A stretch of 63,409 nucleotides of DNA, the filler included, from Bigelowiella natans CCMP2755 (lineage: Eukaryota > Protista > Cercozoa): assembly GCA_000320545.1 (NCBI GenBank). It is 6 parts of 6 records of this genome, joined end to end, with 100 filler letters (N's around TTAATTAATTAA, not from the genome) between each part and the next. Parts side by side here need not be neighbours in the genome. Positions count along the whole stretch, not along the records: positions 19,845 to 26,022 come from ADNK01003226.1; positions 26,123 to 53,310 come from ADNK01002250.1; 4 more parts are not named here. One strand, given 5' to 3'. Within the stretch, counting starts at the first letter, position 1. Every line of letters starts with the position of its first letter. The notes below the pieces were generated by a model, which had not been told where the DNA came from, ran no database searches, and saw only the letters and a list, made by a program, of their open reading frames with translations. This document shows positions 19,845 to 33,806 of the stretch, one piece after another. The position numbers were made by a program, and so were the translations under genes.

Positions 19845-20282
19845 CCAGCCGATGCTTCAGCCAAAGTACAAGTCGTGGGAAGTCATCATCCTGATCAAGT
19901 AGTCGTCGTGACCATCAGAGAGATATTGAGGGGGGGGGAAGATCCGGCATCTTGAAAAGAGGCCGTGATCACGCACCGCCAGGATGAATATAACGAACGA
20001 CCAGAATCAAGAGGTGGAGGGGAAGGAGGAGGATACGGTGGCAGTGGGAGATCAACACGGAGCAGAAGAGATGATTATAACAGCAGCAGCAACAGTAGCA
20101 GAAGCCGGGATCGAGCAGTTGGAGGGGGTGTCGGGGGGGGGAGGGAAGCAAACAGGGAGAGGGACTACTTTAGGGGAGGAGGAGGGGATAGGCGAAGCAA
20201 TCACGGTGGCAGCAGCGATGAGTATCATAGTAGATCCCGTCGCGGATATGAACCAAGGGACGAAAGACGACCGCAATATTGA
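19845..20282 (+). CDS. 3' end of an Arg/Gly/Ser/Asp-rich low-complexity protein (partial, frame disrupted upstream of 19965)
   Basis: RGG/RD/RS-rich frame ...YFRGGGGDRRSNHGG...DERRPQY*; similar-composition peptide in another frame just upstream. Confidence 0.35.
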
Positions 20283-20340
20283 AAGGCCACGCCCATCATG
20301 GAGGAACACGAAGAATCGAATCATATACTAATTTGCGGAG

Positions 20341-20385
<45 letters not shown>

Positions 20386-20978
20386 GAAGAAAAGATACGC
20401 AATACGTGACGGCAGGCATGATGCTACGCTTATGTCGTTATCTTGACAACAAGATGGAAAGTATGCTTACTGTCTTCCCGCCCCTCTGCAGCTAGGAGGT
20501 TTCGCTTGTAGAGAAAAACGTTAGCCACCAAGTAGTAGTCGTATGTTATACAACAGGACGCAAGCCGATTTACAGCACGTAGTAACCTACTTGGCAACGC
20601 ACGATTGCGTCGGTGTACTGATGGAGTGGCGCTAACGTTACTCTAGGCCACAGCTAGCTTGCAGAGAATAACACGTTTTTTTGACGCAGTGGGCATGTTG
20701 TTGTGTGACGAACGTGATTGGTTAACTTGTATAATAATGGCCCATGGCATCGCAAATTGCACGCGCCTCACTGCCCGTAGATACCAGCAATCATTTAACA
20801 ATATCATGGTCATATAACGCAGTGATAATAAGCACTTATACGCGCAATTTAGCAACTGCTGGCAATCCATACGAGATTGAGATTGATCGCTGGCCATCGT
20901 AATAATCGTGCCATGACTAATGACATATGCATTCCCATGCATGCATGCCCCTGCTCTAGCGCTGCCTTTTTTCCTAGC

Positions 20979-22472
20979 TCAGTTGAATCCCCGGAAAATG
21001 TACTGGATGATATACGTGAACAGCCCCATGCGACTTCCACCACCGCTGCTACTACCAGTCGCTTCGTGGGCTCCAAGCATTGAATCATATCGGAATCTCA
21101 CAAAGTCGGCGCGGTAAAACTTCTTGACGACCTGAAACATGAAAGTGATTGAAACGTGTTATAGCAATTCTCCAAACCGATGCTCGGTTCCGTAGTTTAA
21201 TATTTGAACAGCATAAATGCAACTGAAAGCCTCATGAGTCAGATAAACAAGAACTTGTTGGTGTCATTCGTTAGTCGAACAGTGCGAACCTCAGCTGCCT
21301 CATCGGTGTAGAGATCTATTTGCTCTTCTGCATGGATAGAGTGGTGCTCCGCATGTGTTCTGCTGTGCGTGATCGCCCCCGACGATGATGATGGCCGCCG
21401 GCTTCAAATATCACACGAAAGAAAACAATCTAGTGAACAAGACGCAAGTGTGTGTACGTGTGTGCGTGTGCTACGTTACTTTTATTTGTACCGTTGCTGG
21501 TAAAGTGGTTCCACGCAGCGATTCTGTTTCTCCTCACCACCACGACTACCATCGTTCTTATCATCGTTATCGTGAGCGATTTCTCTACATTCGACATCTC
21601 CCTTGTCCGTCCCTCCCTCCCTTCTCCTCCTCCTCCTGCCCATGAACATATTTTCGCATGAACGTTCTTTTGCGTAGAAGAAGCATTCCTGTCCTAAGTT
21701 TCCCCATCCGTGCTGCATTACATTTTCCATCCCTATGTAACAGGGAGGAGGTGGAGGAGCGAGTATCCTATGCTGAGAATCGTGTCCATAATGCGTGCTC
21801 GAAGAACACAACAGTGAAGAACATGTAACGATTGTGAATATTACTATCTACTGTTTCCTTCTTCTTCCTCTTCTTCTTTTCCCATCTTTCTTGGCTACAT
21901 CATATCGAGAGAACGACCTAGGTGCCGCACAAGTTCTTCGTACCACAATTCCGTTTCTTCTATCTAAGATGAGCAGATCTATGTGAGTTGTATGTTTTAC
22001 TGTATGGATTGAATGGTGTGTAATAAATCTATCCTCCGACGAATTTTCACTCCTTGTGCTCAAAGCGAGTAAGTGGAGTGTTTCATATTGAGTGGGCGCT
22101 GGTTTTAAAATGAATCACAAATTCGTTTTTTCCTCTAACACCAAAAAGACAGTTTGGGCCTATTTTGAAGTCTTTACACACACACACACGCACAGAGAGA
22201 GAGGGGGGGGGGGGGGGGGGGGAATTGGGGGATACATAATGCAGCAACTACCTTCAAGTAATAGTCATAGAGAAACCCGTTTTGTACCTACAACATAAAT
22301 GGTATAAAATACTGCATACGATATGTTGCGTGTGGTTTTACCATTATTACTTGTGTATCATAGATGATGGTGTTATTGTTCTAAATGCAACTGATGATAA
22401 GTAGGATTAAAAAGAAGATATTCATGTTCATGTTAGCATCAAACACACACAAGTACATACACACAAACATAC

Positions 22473-22509
<37 letters not shown>

Positions 22510-23500
22510 AATGAATACAAGTACCCCACAATGTGAAAATTGTGGCGTGAAATGCGGCTCCTTTATCTCCTGCGTATAGTGCGAAGATTCGAAAGCAATC
22601 AGTCATAGGAGGAGGTCATATATACACAAGACGCCTCTGTTTGTACGTGTGTGTTAGTGCGTAGTATAAGCAAAATCCATCGACTTTTTCAGCACCATTG
22701 CTCATGTGTACCACATTGAGAATTGCACTTGATGATTCTATCATCCCCCCCTCCCTCTGCGTATCACGCCCTCTTTTCGTTTCATCCCCCCCCCCCATAA
22801 TTGCCTTTCTGTGCCTTAGGAACTCAAGGGAAAAGTCGGTAAATCCCGTACGCTTGGCCTTTATTCGTAAGGAATACAACACACACACACACACACACAT
22901 ACATACACACACACACGCAGACATTACGTATTATATTTAAAAAATAATTTCACACAATACCACAAGCGGCGAGGATTATGAGGAAGGGAAAAAATTGCAA
23001 ATCGGACAGCAATGACAACTCTCCAAAATAACCATGATGGTTTTGCTGCGGATGGTGATGATGATAATGATGATGATGATGACGATAATAGCAGTAGGTA
23101 CCATTGATTCCGTTAGCCAAGGAAATATCCTCTTCTTCCACACCTGCATTTATGTTGGGTGAGCAACGAAAATTTAACAGAATGTGAGAAAGAGGTTGCG
23201 CTCAAAGATAGGTAGACGGCAGCATAGAGGGGGTCAAACGCAACAAAAACCATTCCATATGCATAAATGAGAGATACACCCACATTTACTCACCCCCCCC
23301 CCACCCTCCTCCCTCTGTCTCCCTGCCCGATTTGATTAAATTCCTACATGCACACATGGGTACCTGAAAGTCCCCCACGATTTTGTCTAAATAACCGGAG
23401 AGAAACCTGTGCGAGCAAGAAAGTTAGTTGTTTCAGTCGAAGGAAGATATTCTACAAAGGGAAGGAGAACAGGTATGGCTGCTCAATAGGAAAGCAAAGT

Positions 23501-23541
<41 letters not shown>

Positions 23542-23548
23542 TAAATAC

Positions 23549-23585
<37 letters not shown>

Positions 23586-23769
23586 GATTATATCCATTTT
23601 CATCACCTTGCGTACGGATTGCGGACCAGCATGATTCTTGTCACATTTGGGCTAAGAATAAGCTTCAAACAAAATGAAGGAACCGTAAGCTAATCTCTCC
23701 TACCATTATTGCCATTACTATTGGCATGCTCTTGAAATTTTTAGTAGTACATATGGCATATGACAAATA

Positions 23770-23813
<44 letters not shown>

Positions 23814-24972
23814 GTAGATAACCTGAGAGAGTTCTTCTTTGGGTAGGGCAGGTATTGAATCTATAGACACATCCGCACTGCCAGAAGTCTCCTGCATAAA
23901 TATCGGTGAGAATTGTAGCTATCTGCGACGACATGTTTAGAAGAATCATCGAGAGAATGTTCAAGTAGCCAAGGCAGTATGTGCTCATCTCTTCGCACAA
24001 CAAAAATTAAAATGAAAGTTATATCATTAGATGTTATTGTAGAGGAGTCCTGACATTGAGAAGGTAGCGCTTAAACGCCAACCTCCACATTGTGCTAGCC
24101 ACTTTCTCCTGAAATAGAGAAATGATTGATGACACATCTGCTTCTTCTTGCAAAAGTTTTGCGGGTAATACCCCCAGATATCATGTGCATTTTGCGTGTA
24201 TTCGCGTCTCTCCCTCCCTCCCTGAGTATGTGTGCGTGCGTGTGTTTACGAACATACATTCAATGCACGTACCTGCAAGCAGAAGATGACGGTATTTCCA
24301 TTCTGGCTCCGCACTGGAAAGGGTATCCCTGATAGGTAAAGAGTGAGAAGCTGCTGATTGAGGACAACCCACGCTTTTGGATGTATTGCATTAAAAAGGG
24401 TAATAATAACAGCCCATACTGATGGTCTACTCTAGATGTACTCCCCCCCCCCCCCCCCCCCCCCCCCTCTCTCTCTCTTAGAGATAGCACCAGTAGGAAT
24501 GCCCCCTTCGTATGAAAACCATGAAGGACTCTGATTCTGAGAACACATTAATTTTGTAAGCTTCAGGCAGGCAAGGGGCGAAAGGCTCGGAGAATAGTAC
24601 ATTAAATATCAGCTTGAATAGAATTTCTCAGCTAACAGCTTCCCCAGTAACACCGCCCCACATACCTTCTCATAGGAAGTCTTTCGTTTTTGAACGGAGC
24701 TTAGATGCAGCGGACGGCTGTGCTTTGAGTCCGATATTTTCTTCAGAGGAACATGAGCAGCCCCCCCTACTAGGTCGTCCAATGGCTGACTCGGGGGAGG
24801 GCCTTCCCCTAACGATTCGAGCACTAGGAAAACAAGCTGGTAGGCTACCAAGGCCACAGTTATGGTGGAGAGGACGACGGTGGTAAGAGGCAGCTGACAA
24901 GGATATTATGCACCCGTCATTTAATACTCTAATAGCTATAAGATCAACACGATGAGATATAACTACCCGCAT
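20979..24972 (-). CDS. Carbohydrate sulfotransferase, Sulfotransfer_2 family (type II membrane protein), many exons
   Basis: Spliced product MR|LPLTTVVLSTITVALVAYQLVFLVL (TM), 5'-PSB IFCLQEKVASTMWR, 3'-PB RIMLVRNPYARFLSGYLDKIV, PHFTPQFSHCG, YDYYLKIEE and C-terminal FYRADFVRFRY. Confidence 0.9.
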
Positions 24973-25029
24973 CAAAGAGCTCCTAGAATCGCCGCGTTTA
25001 ACCCCTCCTCCTCCTCCTCATCCTCATCG

Positions 25030-25060
<31 letters not shown>

Positions 25061-25405
25061 ATCATCACGGATCGATAGATCCAGCAAGCGGCGTCGTCGT
25101 ATAGGCGTTGGGGGAGGAAGGCCAGTGGTAACAACTCCAAGCTTTCCGATTTCATCTGGTTCAGCCCAATCTGCATCAACAATTCAGAGAAAATACAGGC
25201 GGTTAATTAAGAAAAAATATAATTTGAATCGTTTTTAGAACAAATTGACCGGACAGTAAAGGACGTCGTCAGCAACCAAATATTTCCTATGTCTTAATTT
25301 TTCGGCTGTTGCTAGCACACAACTTCCCTTCTCTCCCTTGGCCTCCTCCCCTCCCCCAATTTGAGGCGTAGAGATCTTCTTCGATAGGCCGTGTCATTTG
25401 GAGAG

Positions 25406-25865
25406 ATGAGCTCAATGGAGGGCTATTTGGACAAGAAGTCTCATGGGTGCTTCAAAGCTTACCAAGCACGCTACTTCAAACTATCTCTGCAACCCGGCGG
25501 AAGAGGAGGTTAATTTCACATCGCCGTATTTATTATCATAGCAATTGTTCGTATGTGAGACAGGGAGTTGATTCTAAGTATCAATTTTTTCATGGGACTG
25601 CGTAGAATGGAAGCTAATGTACTACAAGGAGCTTGGGGAGCAGCAGGAAAGAGGTCGGTCTTCGATTGTCACCAGTTCCTAACAAAATAATTCCTAGTTA
25701 CGTACAAATTATGTCTAGTAACAAATGCCCGACCCCTACCAAGCTTACCTCCGACCAGGCGCTTGAGAGTTAAATTGCTACATTCATTTTTTTTCTACAG
25801 GAGAGTTGCTGCTAAAGGGCAGCACCGTCTCTAAATTATCTGACACGATTCTCGTTCTTGAAACG
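25406..25865 (+). CDS. PH-domain protein, 5' exons (truncated by contig end)
   Basis: Three exons join to MSSMEGYLDKKSHGCFKAYQARYFKL...LMYYKELGEQQERGELLLKGSTVSKL, a typical PH beta1-beta5 pattern. Confidence 0.82.
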
Positions 25866-26022
25866 GTGTCCTCCATCTCTGCCGCCCCCCCCCCCCCACC
25901 CTTTAAATGATGATTTGGCTGTAAAGAAGGCGCATGAATCACAAAATCTTTTTCATACAAACTATACGGGGGGGTACATTTGTGTTTGCGAAAATCACGA
26001 GCCCATTATTCTAAATCCACCT

Positions 26023-26122
26023 NNNNNNNNNNNNNNNNNNNNNNNNNNNNNNNNNNNNNNNNNNNNTTAATTAATTAANNNNNNNNNNNNNNNNNNNNNN
26101 NNNNNNNNNNNNNNNNNNNNNN
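26023..26122. other. Artificial contig spacer
   Basis: N44-TTAATTAATTAA-N44. Confidence 0.98.
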
Positions 26123-26129
26123 AAAGAGA

Positions 26130-26174
<45 letters not shown>

Positions 26175-26329
26175 AGTTCGTGTGGTACGATCAACGAATA
26201 TGACGCAACAACAATGCACAATTTCCAGTGGCCCCCAATATGTAGCTTGCTCCTCTTTTATCCATAGTGTCTTCATTAGCACCTTAATCATCAAACTCAG
26301 TTGATGCATCGTCTTTCGTCAATATATAG

Positions 26330-29300
26330 GCCTACTATCCATCCCACCTCTGGACACCCGTATACACACATCCCTACGAGGACTCCAACAACTTTGTCCC
26401 CTTCCACTTTATCTCCTGCTACCCAAAGCCCTTCATCGTGCTCCCCCTCGACTCGATCACCATTAACGTTTTCTCCTACATCGCTTTCGCCTTCCACACA
26501 TTCTCCATCCTCATGCTCCCCAACATCTGTCGCACCATCAACGCTGTCGCCGACTTCAATGTCGCCTACAAGTACGTTGAAGTTGCCCTTGTTCCCATAT
26601 ATTTGTGGGAGATGATGTGTGGTGTGAAGGGATGTTTGGGTCAATGTTGGACTTAATCGCCATCTTATGATGATATCGATAGTAGCGCGTCTAAGAATTT
26701 TTAAAAAACATGCTTAAAATTGATGCCGATGATTGTTTTAGGTGCTGCTCCAACAGTCACGCCGACAACATGCGCTCCTACAAGTACATCGCCAACGTCG
26801 CTCTCCCCCACCTCCTTGAGCCCTTCTACATGTGCTCCTACAAGTACATCGCCAACGTCGCTCTCCCCTACCTCCTTGAGCCCTTCTACATGTGCTCCTA
26901 CAAGTACATCGCCAACGTCGCTCTCCCCTACCTCCTTGAGTCCTTCTACATGTGCTCCTTCCTCTGCCTCACCTTCCGAGGCGCCAACGACGGCAAGTCC
27001 GACGATGTCTCCGAGTACAGGTACGACGCTTTTGACATCAGTGATAAAGCAGAATTCGATACTGCCCGCTACTACCTGTGGTGGAGTGCTGTCAGTATTT
27101 CTACCTTCAACCTCGTGCATACATTGAAATGGATCATTCGTGCCTATTTATGAGGAGAGATACGTGTATGCACGTTACATGATATTACACACACACACAT
27201 ACACACACGAGAGCGCGCATATGCGTGCGTACACACCAGACAACATTATAACGTGGAACAAACGATCCCTAAAAATATTACGTTGTTTCCTCCTCCTCCT
27301 CCTCCTCCGTCTCCTTGGTCGGTATGATTAGGTTCGCCGTTGACAGAAGCTCCAACGACGGCACCCACCTCTATCGCGCCTGCGACAGTTTCTCCGTCTT
27401 CGACTCCATTGACAATGACGCCGTCCTGCGGTCCTTCTACTTCTAGTCCGTTGACGGTAATCCAGATGCATTAGTTATCTCTCGAATATGGTTTCCCACC
27501 TTCATGTTGCGACATGACGCGAATCAATTTTTTGTTCCGTTTGGGGCCTGTACGGAAACGTCCCAGATTTCATCTGCATCGCGTTGTTTTCTCCTTTCGC
27601 CATCCGCCAGGAGGCAAGAAAACGGACATTCAAATATGGTTTTCCCCTAAGGGAAATCCCTGCTCATTCATTGAAAAATGTTCGTGCATATAAATGTAGG
27701 TCGCGCCATCAAATGTGCCAACGACGATGCAGCCTTCACATATGCCTACGACTCTAAGTCCGGCTACAAATGCGCCCTCTGTATCCCCCACCACCATTGC
27801 TCCAAGCACATGCAGCCCCATTACATCCACCCCAACAGAGGTTCCAACTTGCAATCCCACTTCTATGTCTCCGGTTACTGGAACACCGACTCTCTCACCA
27901 AGTACGGTGTCTCCGACAACGAGTCCATCTACAGTCTCCCCGGTACAGTAGTAGTAGTAGTAGTAGGAGGAGGCAATAGTAGATGTAGTTGAAGAAGGGT
28001 TAGGGATACTCTTTGGAGTCACGCAATTTTACTGATATCGACGATGTACGATTCTTAGGCGACTGAGAGTCCATCCCAAAGTCCCACAAGTGCTGTGCCT
28101 TCGCAGTCACCATCAACCTTGACACCGACAACATCCAGCCCAAAGACTGGCAGCCCGACTACATTGAGTCCTTCTACAGGTGAGGATATGTTAACAGAAC
28201 CTGACTTTGTGGTGGTGGGTAATTATCACAGCACTCCCAACGCATGCGATTACCTTCTTTTTTTTTTTCCGCTCAAAAACTGTCTTTCTCCCTCCCGTCC
28301 CCCCTATTTTTTTCTCTGATCCTGTCGTTTGTTTGCCTCTATTCATGGTGCTCCCCCATTACAAAGTCTCTCCCACGAGCTCCAGTCCGACTACGACCAC
28401 GCCGACGACGATGAGCCCTTCGATTTGTTTCCGACAAATCACAGTCCAGGCAACCAGCAAGGAATATAATATTACGCGTGACCAAAAACTTACGATATCG
28501 GCAGGATACCAGTCTGTAACTTGCGCCGGGACAAAATCGACGTAATAACCCCAGCTATGTCACTAAATAGGGCATCATTGAAACTCTCATTGTTGATCTA
28601 ACTGGTGACCTCGATTCATTTTCCTTCAGGTATGCGCACTCCTGGACCCAGACGTCCTCAAATAACAACGTTCTCTCCCAAACAGGAGTCGCAGGCACTA
28701 GCACACCTAACCTGTACCTCCCCCCTTCGACGCTAACTGCCGGAGCTCGATATTGTTTTAACATAACCACAACGATGAGGTCTGGTGGCTATGTTGGGGA
28801 GAGCAGCGACCGAGCATGTGTATCTGTATCCAAGCAGCCTGTCAGCGCCGTCATCGGAGGGGGCTCCTCACGCTACGTGTCACCATTGAATGACCTTATT
28901 CTCGACGCGACAATGAGCTACGACCCTGATAACATCTACTCCGTTCCTGATTCCTACGTTTGGTCGGCGGTCTGCCAGCGGTCGGCAACATCAGCCTTGA
29001 CGGGATCCACGTGCGCGGGAGCAATCAACCCAGCCACGGACAACACCGCTGGCCAGAATAACCCCGGACTTCTACAAATTCCAGCGGAAAAGATCCCAAA
29101 GAGCGGGTGCACGTGCCAATTTGGCGTGCGCGTCGGGTTTTCAGGACACTTCGCGAATGCAGAGGTATCAGTGGAGATTGCTGCACATATCCCCGATGCT
29201 GGTGGCAGCGGCGATGTGGCAATGGGCGGGATTGTAGAAATTCCTTTGTCATTAGTATCAGCGCACATTCCGACATCTATGGGGGCTAAGATAAATCCCG

Positions 29301-32300
29301 GGGAGGTGGCGCGCGTCGTTGCAAGATATCCTGGCAAATCCTTCAATTTCTCGTGGACTATTCGAGGGCCTGGTTTCGACGGAGATGCGAAAATAGAAAA
29401 GGTGCGGTAATCGTAGCATGAGTACCAGTAGGAGTAGTAGTCGTAGTAGTCGTAGCAGTAAAGGTAGATATAGAAGTATGTGGAGAAAAAGGGTGGGGGA
29501 GAAAAACCGGATTCTTCAGTGAGGCGATGTCCGAGCTATTCACGTGTTTCCATGTTCTAGCGTAATCTCGCATTAGATGTTACAATAGCCACTAGACTCA
29601 TTTTTCATACTTGCCCTTACCGTTTTTGTGTTTCCTTCTTCGCTGCACAGTCGCAGACGCTCTCCCCTCTGCTTGGACATCTGTTGGTGCTTAGAGACGG
29701 GGTTCTCCTCCCTTCCTCGAGTTACGTCCTCACAGCAAACGCTCACAATGACTCTTCATTTGAAGGAAGAGCATCATTCGATATCTTAACCCTCGGGAAG
29801 CCATACGGCAGTGAATGCGGTATCTCCCCAAGGGTGGGCGTTGTGTATGACACGCAGTTTTCTGTGTCATGTTCCGACGATTGGCAGGATCCGGACGGGA
29901 TGGGATTTCCCGTCGTCTATCGCCACGAGCTTCTGTCATGGGATGGCCTCACGACTGCCACTGGCACATACTCGGCAAGTGGAAATAACACTGTACTAGT
30001 CGAGGACTCCTCGAAAGTAAAGGCTCTCTTGATCCTTCGCGGGTACAGCCCAGCTTCCTTCCTTCCATACGTATTCCTCCCCATCGGCGACCACACGCGG
30101 AACTACACGCTGCCAATGCGGACCAAGATCCGAGGGTTCTATGGGACGATATCAGAAGTCTACTACTTCGTCCGCGTCGCGCCCCCCCCCGCCCCATTAG
30201 ACGACAGCGTTTTAGAAGAGATGTTCGAAGAAGAGACTACTGCCGCAGCAGAGAGTGGCGACGTCGGCACAACGACGTCTTCAATCACAAATCTAATGAG
30301 TGTGCTAACGACACCATCTCCTTCCTCGACGCAACCTCCTTCATCTTCAGGATCGTCAGTGTCTCCGACGGTGATGGGCGGTTCTGCTGCAGCTACTGCA
30401 TCTCCTAGCGTCTACGTTAACAACACGCGGCGGAAGAAGCTTATCTCGAGCGCCATCTCGCAACTGGATGTCGTCAACCAACGCTCAGCAAACACCACTG
30501 AGAACGCTGCTTCTGTCTCACAGACTCTCAGCACAGTCGTCAGTGCAGCTAAGGATAGCGACGTATTGGACAAAGACGTTGGGAAATCGGTACTGGTACT
30601 GGCAGAGAATGTGCTAGTAGACATGCAGGCTATCAATAGCGAGAGTGCAGGAGGAAACTCCTCGAACGCTAACAACAATAATAGCCCATCGTCTTCGTCA
30701 GCCTTATCGGCCGAGCTGAAGGATAATGATTCTGAGGGTGAAGAAAGTGCCATTGACAAGCTATTTCAAGCAGCATTGGATGCGCTCTCAGCCGACGATG
30801 TCGACTTGGAGATGATGGACGAATTCTTCGAGCTATTGGGGCTGATGACTGATGTCGCCACGCATAAATCAGAGGCCGGTGAAGCTCCAAAGATTTTGCA
30901 ATCCGGAAACACGTCGCTACAAGTCTCTAAAGTCGACCAAGACTCTGCCGAGGGGAGCGACTTGGTTTTCTCCTCGCTCATGGACCTCATTGGAGATGGC
31001 GGCGAGGGAGACGAAGACGTAAGCAGTTCTGGTGGCATCCCGTATGGAGAAATCATCATCCCAGATGGGGTCGTGGAGGAGTGGATAGAAGAGTATGGAG
31101 ATGACTTTGAGTTCTCGTTCTTGAATTCGGAAGACGACTTTCTCCAACGTGCAGTCGATAATGCGATTGACTTCCTCGAATCCGAGGGCTTGCTGCGACC
31201 GTATACACAGCAGCAGTACCAACTGCTGCAACGCCCTGAAGTGAAGCGTCAACTGGGCATCAGCCACCCCCATTTGCTCGCATCATCGTCACAATCTTCC
31301 TCAAATACTTCCCAGAGACAGCGAAGTAGTGAGAACGTCACCGTAGTCTCCGGTGTGATGAGGTTGACGGCGCAAAAGGGCAACCAGGAGCTCAATTTCA
31401 AATCGCGCACGCCCATCATCATTATGCAAGAACAGATGAGAAGCACAGAAGGCGCGCGGTACCTCTCCTGCGACACATGGAACTCGTCTATTGGAACCTG
31501 GCAAGAAAACAGACGGGGCGGTCACTGCGAGCCGCAATACTCGAACATGTTCAACATCACCACCAGTTTCAGTGACTCAATCGGGGGGTTCCGTCTTACG
31601 TCTCGGCACGTCCAGATCCACGTCAACCCTCCTACTTCTGAAGACTTCGATTCGCTTTCTTGGGACAACATTTTCGCGACATCAGGGCCGCTCCTTGCGT
31701 TCTCCCTCACGTTTGGCATATTCTTGCTGCTGCTCCCCTGCGTGCTATTCCATGACCATCAGGTCATGATGTTGATCGACTTTGGCAACAAAGAGTCTAA
31801 GCTTCACAAGCGCGTAAAGACTGCAAATATCCAACGCCGTAGAGCATCTATGGGCAACTTGTTCATAGAGGATGATTTTAGCGAAAGTAGCGTGGCCGAT
31901 GGCCGACGTGCTGCCAATAATGCAAAACATAATGCTGTTAATAGGTTTTCCCAAGTTGCACCCTCGCAGGGGCATTTACGGGAAAACAGCCTGGAGGATT
32001 CTAAGAAGCAATTTTGCTCAGAATCGTCATTAGTGTCCTCGGTCAATATGGCAGCTTCTCCTGCAAATATGGGCTTTGGCACGACTTTCTTCAATCCAAA
32101 TCGAAACCCTGGAAGTGATATCGACGACGACTCGTCCACGTCTTCCGAGTCCAGCGATGATAATTCCGTCGCTATCAGCAATGCTTCATTAGGATCCCAA
32201 TTGAAATCCGGCTTCAATATGCCTAACGCCTCGTCTACGACGACAACGATGCCGTCGTTACCAGGGATGGCAGATGTTAGCAACGACAGCCTTGAAGCAA

Positions 32301-33806
32301 AAGAAGCTCCCCCCACCATGATCCCTGTCCGAACACTGACTCTTCGAGGGCGCGGTAGATCACGTGGGAGAAGAGGAAGAAGAGGAAGAGGAGGAAGGAC
32401 GGGAAGAATAGGCATCACGACGATGCGTACATCCCTCTCGAGTTTAGGGACAAGCATCTTGGCTCTCAAAAGAGTCTCCGAAGGAAAAGCAGGGGGGGCA
32501 GCAGCAACAGCAACTACAAGTAGCATCAGCGGGGGCCAGCTGATGGCCTCCTCTGCTTCGCATTCAACACGCGGTAGGCGTAGCATCCGAGGAAGAGGGG
32601 CAGGAGGTCGACGTGGAGGTAAACTAGCCGCGCGTGTGCGAAAGGCGCTCGGGAACAAACTAAAACTCCTTGCACAGAATGGGGTGGGTCCGGATCTTGC
32701 ATCTCGCAAAGAAGCAGCGAGCCAGAAGAGCTTCGCACACATTGGAGCAACCTCCGTCTCAGCTTTCCCCAAAGTTAGTAGCAGCAACAACGATCTGACT
32801 CCAACTCTTCCGGCGTCATCCACTGTCTCCGGAGAGCATCTTGCAGGGAGCAGCTCGACAAGGGTGTCGGAGAGCAGCAGCGATTCCAAAAGCAAAAGTT
32901 CTGATTCTGCAACCCGCAAGGCCACTGATCCGAACATCGAAAAGAAGATGCTGAAGAACTTCAAAATCGACCTCGCAGACACGGAAGAGGACGACGCGGC
33001 TGAGAAACTGACATTTCGCGGCGCCTTGCACGAAATGTGGCGGGAGCATCCTTGGACATCGATGTTCTCGTGCGGGCCCGATGACGAGCATAATGGCTTC
33101 GAGAGGCTGTGCAGTTTTTGCTTAATGTGGTCCATATCGGTTGCGATGTGTGGGTTCTTCTACGGATCCGGGGATGACATGGCCTCTACATGGGTGGTGG
33201 GCATGATTTCGGTTTTCATGTGCTTGCCGTTCGTGAAGCTGAATGCCTACCTACTGAGCAACTCAGACAGCATCAAACGCCAGAAGATTCGTGCTCGCGA
33301 CCAGGCCGTTGTAACTAGCTATAAGTCTAGAAGAAATATGGTGGATAATAGCACTGCGGAGGAGGAGACCAAGGAACCTAGATTTTCTCTTCGAATACAC
33401 TACTGCACACTCTTGTGGCACGTGGTCCTCATCGCTTTTATGACGCTGTTGGCGATTATGTATGCAATAAGGTTCCAGAATTTAGAGGGTGACCTGACAG
33501 CGTTGTGGATTGCATCCACGCTGCAGGGGCAATGCATTGATGCAATCATCGTGGAACCTTTCCTGGTGATCGTCCTGTGGATGGCGAAGGGAAGGTGCGT
33601 GCATTTTTGGTTTATTTGAATAAGTGTGCGCACTGTGGATGATGATGATGATGATGATATTGATGCTGTGTGTGTAAGAGAATGTGTGCGTGTGCGAAGA
33701 TACTTTCTCCGAATCTTTCATGCTAGACATTCCCACTCACGATCTGCATGCCATTAGATGCGAGCTTGTGGCCGAAGCTGTTGCTGGATTCCTTGGTGTA
33801 GAGTAA
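26330..33806 (+). CDS. Polycystin-1/REJ-like multi-pass membrane protein with Ser/Thr/Pro mucin stalk (5' end missing)
   Basis: SPT-rich exons; REJ motifs LILDATMSYDPD, LVLRDGVLLPSSSYVLT, KPYGSECGISPRVGVVYDTQFSVSCSDDWQDPD; GPS-like CDTWNSSIGTW...GGHC; TM; PKD1-like EHPWTSMF...FERLCSFCL...MCGFFY and further TMs; last exon CELVAEAVAGFLGVE* (TAA 33804-33806). Confidence 0.85.
26771..26959 (+). repeat. 60-bp coding tandem repeat x3 (CAPTSTSPTSLSPTSLSPST)
   Basis: Near-identical units start at 26771, 26831 and 26891. Confidence 0.95.

Noticed and set aside
31804-33135. 443 aa antisense ORF
   Set aside because: Shadow of the large REJ-protein exon.
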